The notes under the pieces were generated by a model. That model did no database searches and was not told where the DNA came from. It was given only the letters and a program-made list of their open reading frames with translations. This document shows positions 1 to 6,748 of a DNA stretch of 35,295 nt, piece by piece; positions within the stretch are counted from its first letter, which is position 1; each line of letters begins with the position of its first letter. The position numbers were made by a program, and so were the translations under genes. Source of the stretch: Oculatellaceae cyanobacterium bins.114 (GTDB lineage: Bacteria > Cyanobacteriota > Cyanobacteriia > Elainellales > Elainellaceae); contig JANRJA010000142.1 in assembly GCA_033764315.1 (NCBI GenBank), forward strand, positions 1 through 35,295, read 5' to 3'.

Positions 1-151
1 CCCATCTCATCTCCGTACAGACGCGATTAATCGCGTCTCTGCCCCTCTAATAATTGCAACACCTCATCCCGATCGGGAATTGCTTCCTCTAACCCCAATG
101 CGATCGCCCGATTGAGATCCGCCAATACCTCACGATATTGCTGGCGATCGC
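1..151. repeat. Array repeat copy 1 (left-truncated by window): pyrimidine-rich spacer + 20-bp palindrome + antisense TPR-gene 3' end, ending in HIP1 at 144-151
   Basis: Aligns by eye with 920-1048, 2334-2476 and 3302-3407. Palindrome AGACGCGATTAATCGCGTCT at 19-38; internal HIP1 at 100-107. Confidence 0.95.
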
Positions 152-152
152 C
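27..152 (-). pseudogene. Headless TPR-protein C-terminal fragment (GDRQQYREVLADLNRAIALGLEEAIPDRDEVLQLLEGQRRD*)
   Basis: Manual translation; nearly identical to the C-termini of ORFs 932-1138 and 2360-2572; no start codon or N-terminus. Confidence 0.85.
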
Positions 153-220
153 CTAAATATAAGCACTTATTCAGAGAGTGATCTGCTTTCACAGATTGGT
201 TAGAACGACGATCTGTGAGT

Positions 221-619
221 TTATGGAGCAAATGGATTAAGGAGATTCAGATCTTCAATATTTTGGAAATCTTGAACATTTCGTGTCACTAGAATGCTAT
301 CAATTTGAATTGCACAGGCTGCAATCAAAGCATCTGCTAAAGGAACTCGATACTTTCGTCGAATGTCGGCTGTGCGATCGAGAACTGGTTCAGTCAGTGA
401 AACCTCAGTTAGCGATCGCAAGAAGCTCCGAATTTGATTGGCTTCTGATTCGGTTAAAGCAGGATAGCAAAGCAATTCTACCCAGCTAATTGGGCAGTAA
501 AACCCGATAGCATCTCCAGTCAAAATTTCATTGAATAGAGGTTGAACGGTTAGATCCCCATTGAAGTAATAAATAAAGATATTGGTGTCGAGTAAATATT
601 GATTACCTGTTCCATTCAT
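221..619 (-). CDS. vapC: PIN-domain (VapC family) toxin
   Basis: YLLDTN N-terminal motif, DALIAACA, LVTRNVQDF; 132 aa; overlaps the upstream small gene. Confidence 0.92.
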   Translation of the reverse strand: MNGTGNQYLLDTNIFIYYFNGDLTVQPLFNEILTGDAIGFYCPISWVELLCYPALTESEANQIRSFLRSLTEVSLTEPVLDRTADIRRKYRVPLADALIAACAIQIDSILVTRNVQDFQNIEDLNLLNPFAP

Positions 620-827
620 CTCTTAAAGTCCTTTGGAACTGGAGCGGATCAGTCCGACTTTCTAGGAAGCCGAAGAGATTAGGAATTTCAGTCGAAGTAG
701 ATGTCGATCGCTCTAACGGTTGTAGTACAACAACAATTTCAACCAGCCCAGGTTGCACCCCCTCTGGAAGGGTCAGTTCTATTTTGCGATCGCGGTTGAC
801 TAAAACAATTTGCCGAATCGTTTCCAT
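603..827 (-). CDS. Putative VapB-type antitoxin
   Basis: 74 aa, directly upstream of vapC with a 17-bp overlap; ends DPLQFQRTLRDEW, resembling PIN-associated antitoxins. Confidence 0.75.
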   Translation of the reverse strand: METIRQIVLVNRDRKIELTLPEGVQPGLVEIVVVLQPLERSTSTSTEIPNLFGFLESRTDPLQFQRTLRDEWNR

Positions 828-867
828 TAGGCTTCAGGCATTAGGATAACTTTACTCATAATGATAG

Positions 868-1136
868 GCGATCTCCCCTTGGGAGAACTGCTTTGCCTCT
901 CTCCTCCCTCATTCACCCCGTACAGACGCGATTAATCGCGTCTCTGCCCCTCTAATAATTGCAACACCGCATCCCGATCGGGAATTGCTGCCTCTAATCC
1001 CAATGCGATCGCCCGATTGAGATCCGATAGTGCCTCACGATATTGCTGAAGGTCGCGATAGGCTAACCCGCGATTGTTGTAGGCAAGTGAATATTGCGGG
1101 TTAATTTCAATCGCACGGGTATAGTCCGGCGATCGC
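868..1136. repeat. Array repeat copy 2
   Basis: Starts at 1-mismatch HIP1 GCGATCTC (868-875); one 21-nt minirepeat (876-896); palindrome 924-943; TPR 3' end; ends at HIP1 1129-1136. Confidence 0.95.
932..1136 (-). pseudogene. Headless TPR fragment (DYTRAIEINPQYSLAYNNRGLAYRDL...EGQRRD*)
   Basis: Canonical TPR residues (AYNNRG, RAI). An extra G next to the HIP1 shifts the expected AIADY frame; no N-terminus. Confidence 0.85.
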
Positions 1137-1151
1137 AATTAACATCTTGTC

Positions 1152-1181
1152 CCTCAGTCTCTTCTGAGGATGGATTACAAT
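1152..1181 (+). promoter_or_regulatory. Putative TA promoter/operator: CCTCAG-N6-CTGAGG inverted repeat then TACAAT (-10-like); near-identical copy at 2579-2608
   Basis: Inverted repeat and -10-like hexamer about 30 bp upstream of the likely ATG at 1209. Confidence 0.35.
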
Positions 1182-1208
1182 AGCATCAAACTCTCAGGTT
1201 TTAGCGTT

Positions 1209-1511
1209 ATGCAAAGCTATTCACTGACAGAAATTCCACCTCCTTCTAATGAAATTTTGGAGCAAGCTGCAAGTGAGCCAGTCTTATTGACGCAGGAATC
1301 ACAACAAGCGCAATCTGATTACGTCCTCATGTCAGCGCAACGGTACCAAGATTTAATCAGGCGATTAGAGGAATTGGAAGACCGGGTATTTGGAACGTTT
1401 GCAGAGTCTGCACTGCGATCTTCGTCAATGGTTGGCTCAGATGCGTTTACAACTGAGCTTCAGCGGTTAGCAGCTTTAGAGAAGGTTTCTCAGCCGATAA
1501 AGGTCTTATAA
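1209..1511 (+). CDS. Phd/YefM-family antitoxin, copy A (altered C-terminus, cognate RelE absent)
   Basis: EPVLLT...YVLMSA..Y..L pattern; about 97% nt identical to the 2636-2911 copy up to 1472; alternative start at 1170. Confidence 0.78.
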   Translation: MQSYSLTEIPPPSNEILEQAASEPVLLTQESQQAQSDYVLMSAQRYQDLIRRLEELEDRVFGTFAESALRSSSMVGSDAFTTELQRLAALEKVSQPIKVL

Positions 1512-1555
1512 CACCAGAGATTAGGCTAGGTGAAGAGAGAAAATGGTTGATATAG

Positions 1556-1855
1556 ATGCACATCATTAGCTATAAGCGTTTGCGGGAATTTAGTGAACAA
1601 CATGCTGACTGTCGTGAAGCTTTAGATAACTGGTTTAAGGTCACCAGTAAGGCAGATTGGTCAAATTTGGTTGAAGTTCAAGCCACTTTTCCACAAGCTG
1701 AAGCCGTTGGAAATTTCACCGTTTTTAACGTTAAAGGAAACCATTATCGTTTGATTGTTAGCATCGACTATGAAAGGCAGTTAATTTATATCAAATACGT
1801 TCTGACTCACGCAGAATACGACAAGGAGAAATGGAAGAATGACTCTTACTTTTAA
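1556..1855 (+). CDS. higB: HigB-family toxin (RelE superfamily)
   Basis: MHIISYKRLREF, VFNVKGNHYRLI, LTHAEYDK; toxin-first order. Confidence 0.9.
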   Translation: MHIISYKRLREFSEQHADCREALDNWFKVTSKADWSNLVEVQATFPQAEAVGNFTVFNVKGNHYRLIVSIDYERQLIYIKYVLTHAEYDKEKWKNDSYF

Positions 1856-2240
1856 TGCCAGTCGATATAGTGAGCTTCTATCTCAATATCAACCCAAACT
1901 GATCAGAACCGAGGAAGACAACGAACGGGCACTTGCAGTTGTAGAAGAGTTGATGCATCGACCCAATCGAAGCCCAGAAGAGAATGAATTGTATGATTTA
2001 TTGATTGCTTTAATTGAAAAGTTTGAACACGAATTTTATCAAGTGAGTTCTCAATCTAACCCCAGTTCAATGCTTGAATTTTTGATGGAGCAACAGGGAA
2101 TTGCGATCGCTGAGTTAGCCAACGTGTTGGGGTCTGAGATAGCGGCGACTGAAATGTTAGAAGGAAAGCGTGAATTGTCGATCGCCCAAGTTAAAGTATT
2201 GAGTCAATTATTCAAAGTTGATTCAAGTGTGTTTATCTAG
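1839..2240 (+). CDS. higA: HigA-type HTH antitoxin
   Basis: Overlaps higB by 17 bp; LIEKFE and a C-terminal HTH-like region (GKRELSIAQVKVLSQLFKV). Confidence 0.87.
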   Translation: MTLTFNASRYSELLSQYQPKLIRTEEDNERALAVVEELMHRPNRSPEENELYDLLIALIEKFEHEFYQVSSQSNPSSMLEFLMEQQGIAIAELANVLGSEIAATEMLEGKRELSIAQVKVLSQLFKVDSSVFI

Positions 2241-2242
2241 GA

Positions 2243-2563
2243 GCGATCGCCCTTTGGGAGAACTGCTTTGCATCGCCCCTTGGGAGAATTGCTTTGCATC
2301 GCCTCTCTTCATCCATCTACTCATCCCCATTCACCCATCTCATCTCCGTACAGACGCGATTAATCGCGTCTCTGCCCCTCTAATAATCGCAACACCTCAT
2401 CCCGATCGGGAATTGCCTCCTCTAATCCCAATTCGATCGCCCGATTCAGATCCGCCAATGCCTCACGATATTGCTGAAGGTCGCGATAGACTAAACCTCG
2501 GTTGTAATAAGCATAAACATCTTGGGGATTGATTGCAATAGCACGAGTGTAGTCAGCGATCGC
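2243..2563. repeat. Array repeat copy 3 (most complete)
   Basis: HIP1 2243-2250, 2 nt after the higA stop; two 21-nt minirepeats each followed by ATCGC; palindrome 2352-2371; TPR 3' end; HIP1 2556-2563. Confidence 0.95.
2360..2563 (-). pseudogene. Headless TPR fragment (AIADYTRAIAINPQDVYAYYNRGLVYRDL...EGQRRD*)
   Basis: TPR consensus; begins exactly at the HIP1 that encodes Ala-Ile-Ala. Confidence 0.85.
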
Positions 2564-2635
2564 AATTAACATCTTGTCTCTCAGTCTCTTCTGAGGATGG
2601 ATTACAATAGCATCAAACTCTCAGGTTTTAGCGTT

Positions 2636-2911
2636 ATGCAAAGCTATGCACTGACAGAAATTCCACCTCTTTCTAATGAAATTTTGGAGCAGGCTGCAAG
2701 TGAGCCAGTCTTGTTGACGCAGGAATCACAACAAGCGCAATCTGATTATGTCCTCATGTCAGCGCAACAGTACCAAGATTTAATCAGGCGATTAGAGGAA
2801 TTAGAAGACCGGGTATTCGGAACGTTTGCGGAGTCTGCACTGCGATCTTCGTTAATGGTTGGCTCAGATGCGTTTACAACTGAGCTTCAGCGGTTAGCAA
2901 ATTTGGGGTAA
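2636..2911 (+). CDS. Phd/YefM-family antitoxin, copy B
   Basis: Same family pattern as copy A; 17 bp upstream of the RelE toxin; alternative start at 2597. Confidence 0.8.
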   Translation: MQSYALTEIPPLSNEILEQAASEPVLLTQESQQAQSDYVLMSAQQYQDLIRRLEELEDRVFGTFAESALRSSLMVGSDAFTTELQRLANLG

Positions 2912-2928
2912 CGTCAGTAGTACGTGAT

Positions 2929-3210
2929 ATGGCAAAACTGGATGGTCTGCAAACCGTTCTTGATTTTTTGAAAGGATTACAACCCAAGATTGCGGCTCAA
3001 ATTTCTAAGAAGGTTTTGGCTCTGAATATTGAACCATTACCCTCAGATAGCAAGGAGTTAACTGGATACTCTGGCTATTATCGAGTGGATTCGGGTGAAT
3101 ATCGCATTGTTTACCGCTTCAAAGCTGATGAAGATTTAGTTGAGATTGTTCTAGTCGGTAAGCGGAATGATGATGAAGTCTACAAGCAACTGAAAAGATT
3201 GTTAGGTTAG
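2929..3210 (+). CDS. relE: RelE/ParE-family toxin
   Basis: YYRVDSGEYRIVY...VGKRNDDEVY; 93 aa. Confidence 0.9.
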   Translation: MAKLDGLQTVLDFLKGLQPKIAAQISKKVLALNIEPLPSDSKELTGYSGYYRVDSGEYRIVYRFKADEDLVEIVLVGKRNDDEVYKQLKRLLG

Positions 3211-3407
3211 GCGATCGCCCTTTGGGGGAACTGCTTTGCATCGCCCCTTGGGAGAATTGCTTTGCATCGCCTCTCTTCATCCATCTACTCATCCCCATTC
3301 ACCCATCTCATCTCCGTACAGACGCGATTAATCACGTCTCTGCCCCTCTAATAATCGCAACACCTCATCCCGATCAGGAATTGCTGCCTCTAACCCCAAT
3401 GCGATCG
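3211..3407. repeat. Array repeat copy 4 (shortest TPR piece)
   Basis: HIP1 3211-3218 abuts the relE stop; two minirepeats; palindrome 3320-3339 with one mismatch; homology stops at GCGATCG 3401-3407, the internal HIP1 of copies 1 and 2. Confidence 0.95.
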
Positions 3408-3525
3408 AATGAATTTCTCCTATCATGTCAGTTAGTGGAATCGCTAAAAAAGCAATAGGACTTATGATTGAGGATAAACCTGGTGTAAGTCTGGTGCGAT
3501 CGCTCCCATTTCCCCTCGCCTGAAC

Positions 3526-3553
3526 TGTCTTCAATCATTTGTCTTCAATCATT
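3526..3553. repeat. 14-bp tandem duplication TGTCTTCAATCATT x2
   Basis: Seen directly, just upstream of the helicase start. Confidence 0.8.
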
Positions 3554-3575
3554 AGTGTGGTAGTGTCCCCCCTTT

Positions 3576-6227
3576 GTGAACGTTTCCTCTAGCCCTTTTG
3601 AACTTGATCTCAGTCGCCTGTTTCCATTTGAGTTAGATGGGTTTCAGCAACAGGCGATCGCCGCTCTCAACGCCAACAAATCAGTCGTGGTCTGTGCACC
3701 GACGGGTTCTGGTAAGACTCTCATTGGGGAATACGCCATATATCGAGCCATAGCAAGAAACAAGCGGGTCTTTTACACCACCCCCCTGAAGGCACTGTCA
3801 AATCAAAAACTTCGCGATTTTCGGGAACAGTTTGGGGCAGATCAGGTGGGGTTGTTGACGGGGGATGTCTCGGTCAACCGCGACGCCCCAGTGCTAGTGA
3901 TGACCACTGAAATCTTTCGTAACATGCTGTATGGCACCCCGATTGGGCAAGTGGGTACATCGCTCGTCGATGTCGAGACGGTGGTGTTAGACGAATGCCA
4001 CTACATGAACGATCGCCAACGCGGTACGGTGTGGGAGGAGTCGATCATCTATTGCCCTAACGAGGTGCAACTGGTGGCTCTGTCAGCGACGGTTGCCAAT
4101 AGTCAGCAACTCACCGATTGGATTGACCAGGTACACGGGCCAACTGAGTTAATCTACTCTGACTTTCGCCCTGTTCCACTGCAATTTTTGTTCTCTAGCC
4201 CTAAAGGATTATTTCCCCTGCTCAATCCTGAAGGCAAGGGCATCAACCCCCGACTGAAGCCCAAGGGAGGCAAGCCCAAGGGCAAACAAGAGGCTCCCAG
4301 TTTGGTGTCAGTGATTGGTCAGTTGCAACAGCGAGATATGTTGCCTGCGATTTATTTCATCTTTAGTCGGCGCGGCTGTGACCAGGCCATTAATGAATTG
4401 GATGGACTGTCACTGGTGAGTGAGGCTGAAACCGCCAAACTCAAAATGCAAATTGATGAGTTTCTAACCCGCAATCCTGAAGTCAACCGTGCCCCCCTAG
4501 AACCGCTCTATCGAGGCATCGCGGCTCACCACGCAGGCATTTTACCCGCCTGGAAGGGTTTAGTTGAGGAGCTGTTTCAACAGGGCTTAATCAAAGTCGT
4601 TTTTGCCACCGAGACTCTGGCCGCAGGGATCAACATGCCCGCTCGCACCACGGTCATCTCTAGTCTCTCTAAGCGCACAGATCGGGGACACCGTTTGTTA
4701 AATGCGTCGGAGTTTCTGCAAATGGCAGGACGAGCCGGACGCCGAGGCATGGATCCGGTGGGTTATGTTGTCACAGTGCAAAATCGGTTTGAGGGAGCCA
4801 CCGAGGGAGCTTACCTAGCCACATCCGGAGCCGATCCGCTGATTAGCCAGTTTAGCCCCAGCTATGGCATGGTGCTCAACTTGTTGCAAACCCATACGCT
4901 AGAAGAGGCGAAAGCCTTGATTGAGCGAAGCTTTGGGCAATATCTGGCGACGCTGTACTTGAAGCCCCAACAACAAGAAATTGAGCGGCTTGAGGCAGAG
5001 TTAGAACACCAACACGCTCAAATTGCTTCAGCGGATGCAGCACTGTTGGCAAACTATGAAAAGCTGCATGAACGGCTCAAAGAAGAACGCCGTTTGCTGA
5101 AGATCTTGCAACATCAAGCCCAAGACCTGCAAACCAATGAGTTGACGACGGCGTTGCCCTTTGCGATCGCGGGTACCCTGTTGAGTCTCAAGGGCAAACA
5201 CATTCCAGTGCAAACCCCGCTGCCCGCTGTGTTGGTGGCAAAAGTGCCTGGTTCAGGGCAATTCCCTTACCTGATTTGTCTAGGAAAAGACAATACCTGG
5301 TATGTTGTCACCGTGTCAGATGTAGTGGGGCTGCACGCTGAGTTTCCTCGCTTGATGGCAGCCGATCATCTGACTCCCCCGGTTGAGTTAGCCCTCAGAC
5401 CAGGGCACACCTGGAGCGGACAAGAGCAGACAGCGGCGATCGCTTATCAGATTCCGCAACCCCCCTCCGCCGCTGATCTGTCGCCTGAAGTTAAAGAGCA
5501 GCTAGAGCGAGTGGCAATGGTCGAGAGTCAAATCACCGCCCATCCAGCCCATCAGTGGGGCAATCCAGGCAAACTGGTGAAGCAGCAAAAGCGCATTGCC
5601 CGAATTCAAACCGAACTGAGCGATCGCCAACAAAAATTGAGCAAACAAACTCAACGCTATTGGCAAGAATTTCTCAGCTTGATGGATATCTTGCAACAGT
5701 TTAATTGTCTGATTGGGGTTCAGCCCACTGACCTGGGGCAAATTGCGGCGGCGATTCGAGGTGACAATGAACTGTGGCTGGGTCTAGCTCTGGCATCGGG
5801 TGAACTGGATGCCCTCGATCCACATTATCTGGCGGCGGCCTGTGCCGCACTGGTGACTGAGGTATCGCGCCCCGATAGCTGGACTAACTATGACCCGTCA
5901 GGCGAAGTGGAAGAAGCTCTCGAAGGGTTACGAGGCATTCGTCGCCAACTGTTTCAATTGCAACGTCGCCATCAAGTTGTGCTACCCATTTGGTTGGAAT
6001 ATGACTTTGTGGGATTGGTCGAGCAGTGGGCATTGGGAGAACCCTGGGTAGACCTGTGTTCCAATACCAGCCTGGATGAGGGAGATGTCGTGCGGATTTT
6101 GCGACGAACCCTCGACTTTTTATCGCAGATTCCCTACGTGCCTCATTTGTCAGCAGGTTTCAAGCAAAATGCAGTGAGAGCCATTCAGTTAATCGATCGC
6201 TTCCCGGTTAACGAAAGTATCAGCTAA
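3576..6227 (+). CDS. helY: Ski2/HelY-like DEAD/DEAH-box RNA helicase
   Basis: APTGSGKT, DECH, SAT, QMAGRAGRRG; C-terminal DSHCT-like region (DEGDVVRILRR); GTG start. Confidence 0.93.
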   Translation: MNVSSSPFELDLSRLFPFELDGFQQQAIAALNANKSVVVCAPTGSGKTLIGEYAIYRAIARNKRVFYTTPLKALSNQKLRDFREQFGADQVGLLTGDVSVNRDAPVLVMTTEIFRNMLYGTPIGQVGTSLVDVETVVLDECHYMNDRQRGTVWEESIIYCPNEVQLVALSATVANSQQLTDWIDQVHGPTELIYSDFRPVPLQFLFSSPKGLFPLLNPEGKGINPRLKPKGGKPKGKQEAPSLVSVIGQLQQRDMLPAIYFIFSRRGCDQAINELDGLSLVSEAETAKLKMQIDEFLTRNPEVNRAPLEPLYRGIAAHHAGILPAWKGLVEELFQQGLIKVVFATETLAAGINMPARTTVISSLSKRTDRGHRLLNASEFLQMAGRAGRRGMDPVGYVVTVQNRFEGATEGAYLATSGADPLISQFSPSYGMVLNLLQTHTLEEAKALIERSFGQYLATLYLKPQQQEIERLEAELEHQHAQIASADAALLANYEKLHERLKEERRLLKILQHQAQDLQTNELTTALPFAIAGTLLSLKGKHIPVQTPLPAVLVAKVPGSGQFPYLICLGKDNTWYVVTVSDVVGLHAEFPRLMAADHLTPPVELALRPGHTWSGQEQTAAIAYQIPQPPSAADLSPEVKEQLERVAMVESQITAHPAHQWGNPGKLVKQQKRIARIQTELSDRQQKLSKQTQRYWQEFLSLMDILQQFNCLIGVQPTDLGQIAAAIRGDNELWLGLALASGELDALDPHYLAAACAALVTEVSRPDSWTNYDPSGEVEEALEGLRGIRRQLFQLQRRHQVVLPIWLEYDFVGLVEQWALGEPWVDLCSNTSLDEGDVVRILRRTLDFLSQIPYVPHLSAGFKQNAVRAIQLIDRFPVNESIS

Positions 6228-6291
6228 AACATCCGGTAGTCCTCAGCCAAAAGACTCATCAGGCAAAAGGTGTGGAGCGATCGCCCCCGTT

Positions 6292-6322
6292 TAAAAAGAA
6301 AAAACCCGGTTTAACCCGGGTT
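6292..6322 (-). terminator. Rho-independent terminator-like hairpin oriented for the minus strand
   Basis: Minus strand reads AACCCGGGTTAAACCGGGTTTTTTCTTTTT. Confidence 0.5.
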
Positions 6323-6643
6323 GGCTACTCGTGTATTTCCCAATATTTTTATAGCAATATTTCTATCGCTGACATCTCTAACTAAAGATAGGTTTTGTTT
6401 AAACAACTAGCGTGTATCCCTTTTTTCGGGGTGCATCTAGCGGTTGAGGGACTGGACTCGGCAAAGGATTCACAGCTATTGAAACGAAGTCGCGTAGACA
6501 GACTAAAGGTCTTGAACCTGCGTAGAACCATATCAAGCTGTTTTCTGGTTTAACAGCATCTTTGCTCCATCCCTCCTACAATCGGGTGATGCCGCTGGGG
6601 GAAGTAGGGCGATCGCACCGTCAGATATAGTACACGAGCTGAA

Positions 6644-6700
6644 TAGCACACTGTGCTAAGTCAATGGAGTATTCATTCACACCAAATCATAAGTGAATGA
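6644..6700. promoter_or_regulatory. Candidate repressor operators upstream of the MATE gene
   Basis: TAGCACA-C-TGTGCTA (6644-6658) and TCATTCAC-N12-GTGAATGA (6673-6700). Confidence 0.35.
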
Positions 6701-6748
6701 TCAACTCATCGCAGTTAATTCCACCGCAGCTTGATGTATCACAGGACG

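Noticed and set aside
932..2563. TPR copies as a DGR template/variable repeat pair
   Set aside because: Differences are not adenine-specific and are mostly synonymous third-position changes; no reverse transcriptase is in the window.
1..3407. Array read as a CRISPR array or a classical integron/CALIN
   Set aside because: Repeats are 150-320 bp with gene-sized cargo and no cas genes. I could not find attC R-box ends (RYYYAAC...GTTRRRY) around the palindrome, and no intI is present in the window.
2218..3458. Plus-strand ORFs 2218-2532 and 3222-3458, which resemble each other
   Set aside because: They are translations of the repeat, antisense to the TPR fragment; the similarity only reflects the DNA repeat.
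3328..3534. 68-aa minus ORF as an intact small TPR gene
   Set aside because: Only the last ~26 codons are TPR-derived; the rest is read-through across the junction into unrelated DNA.
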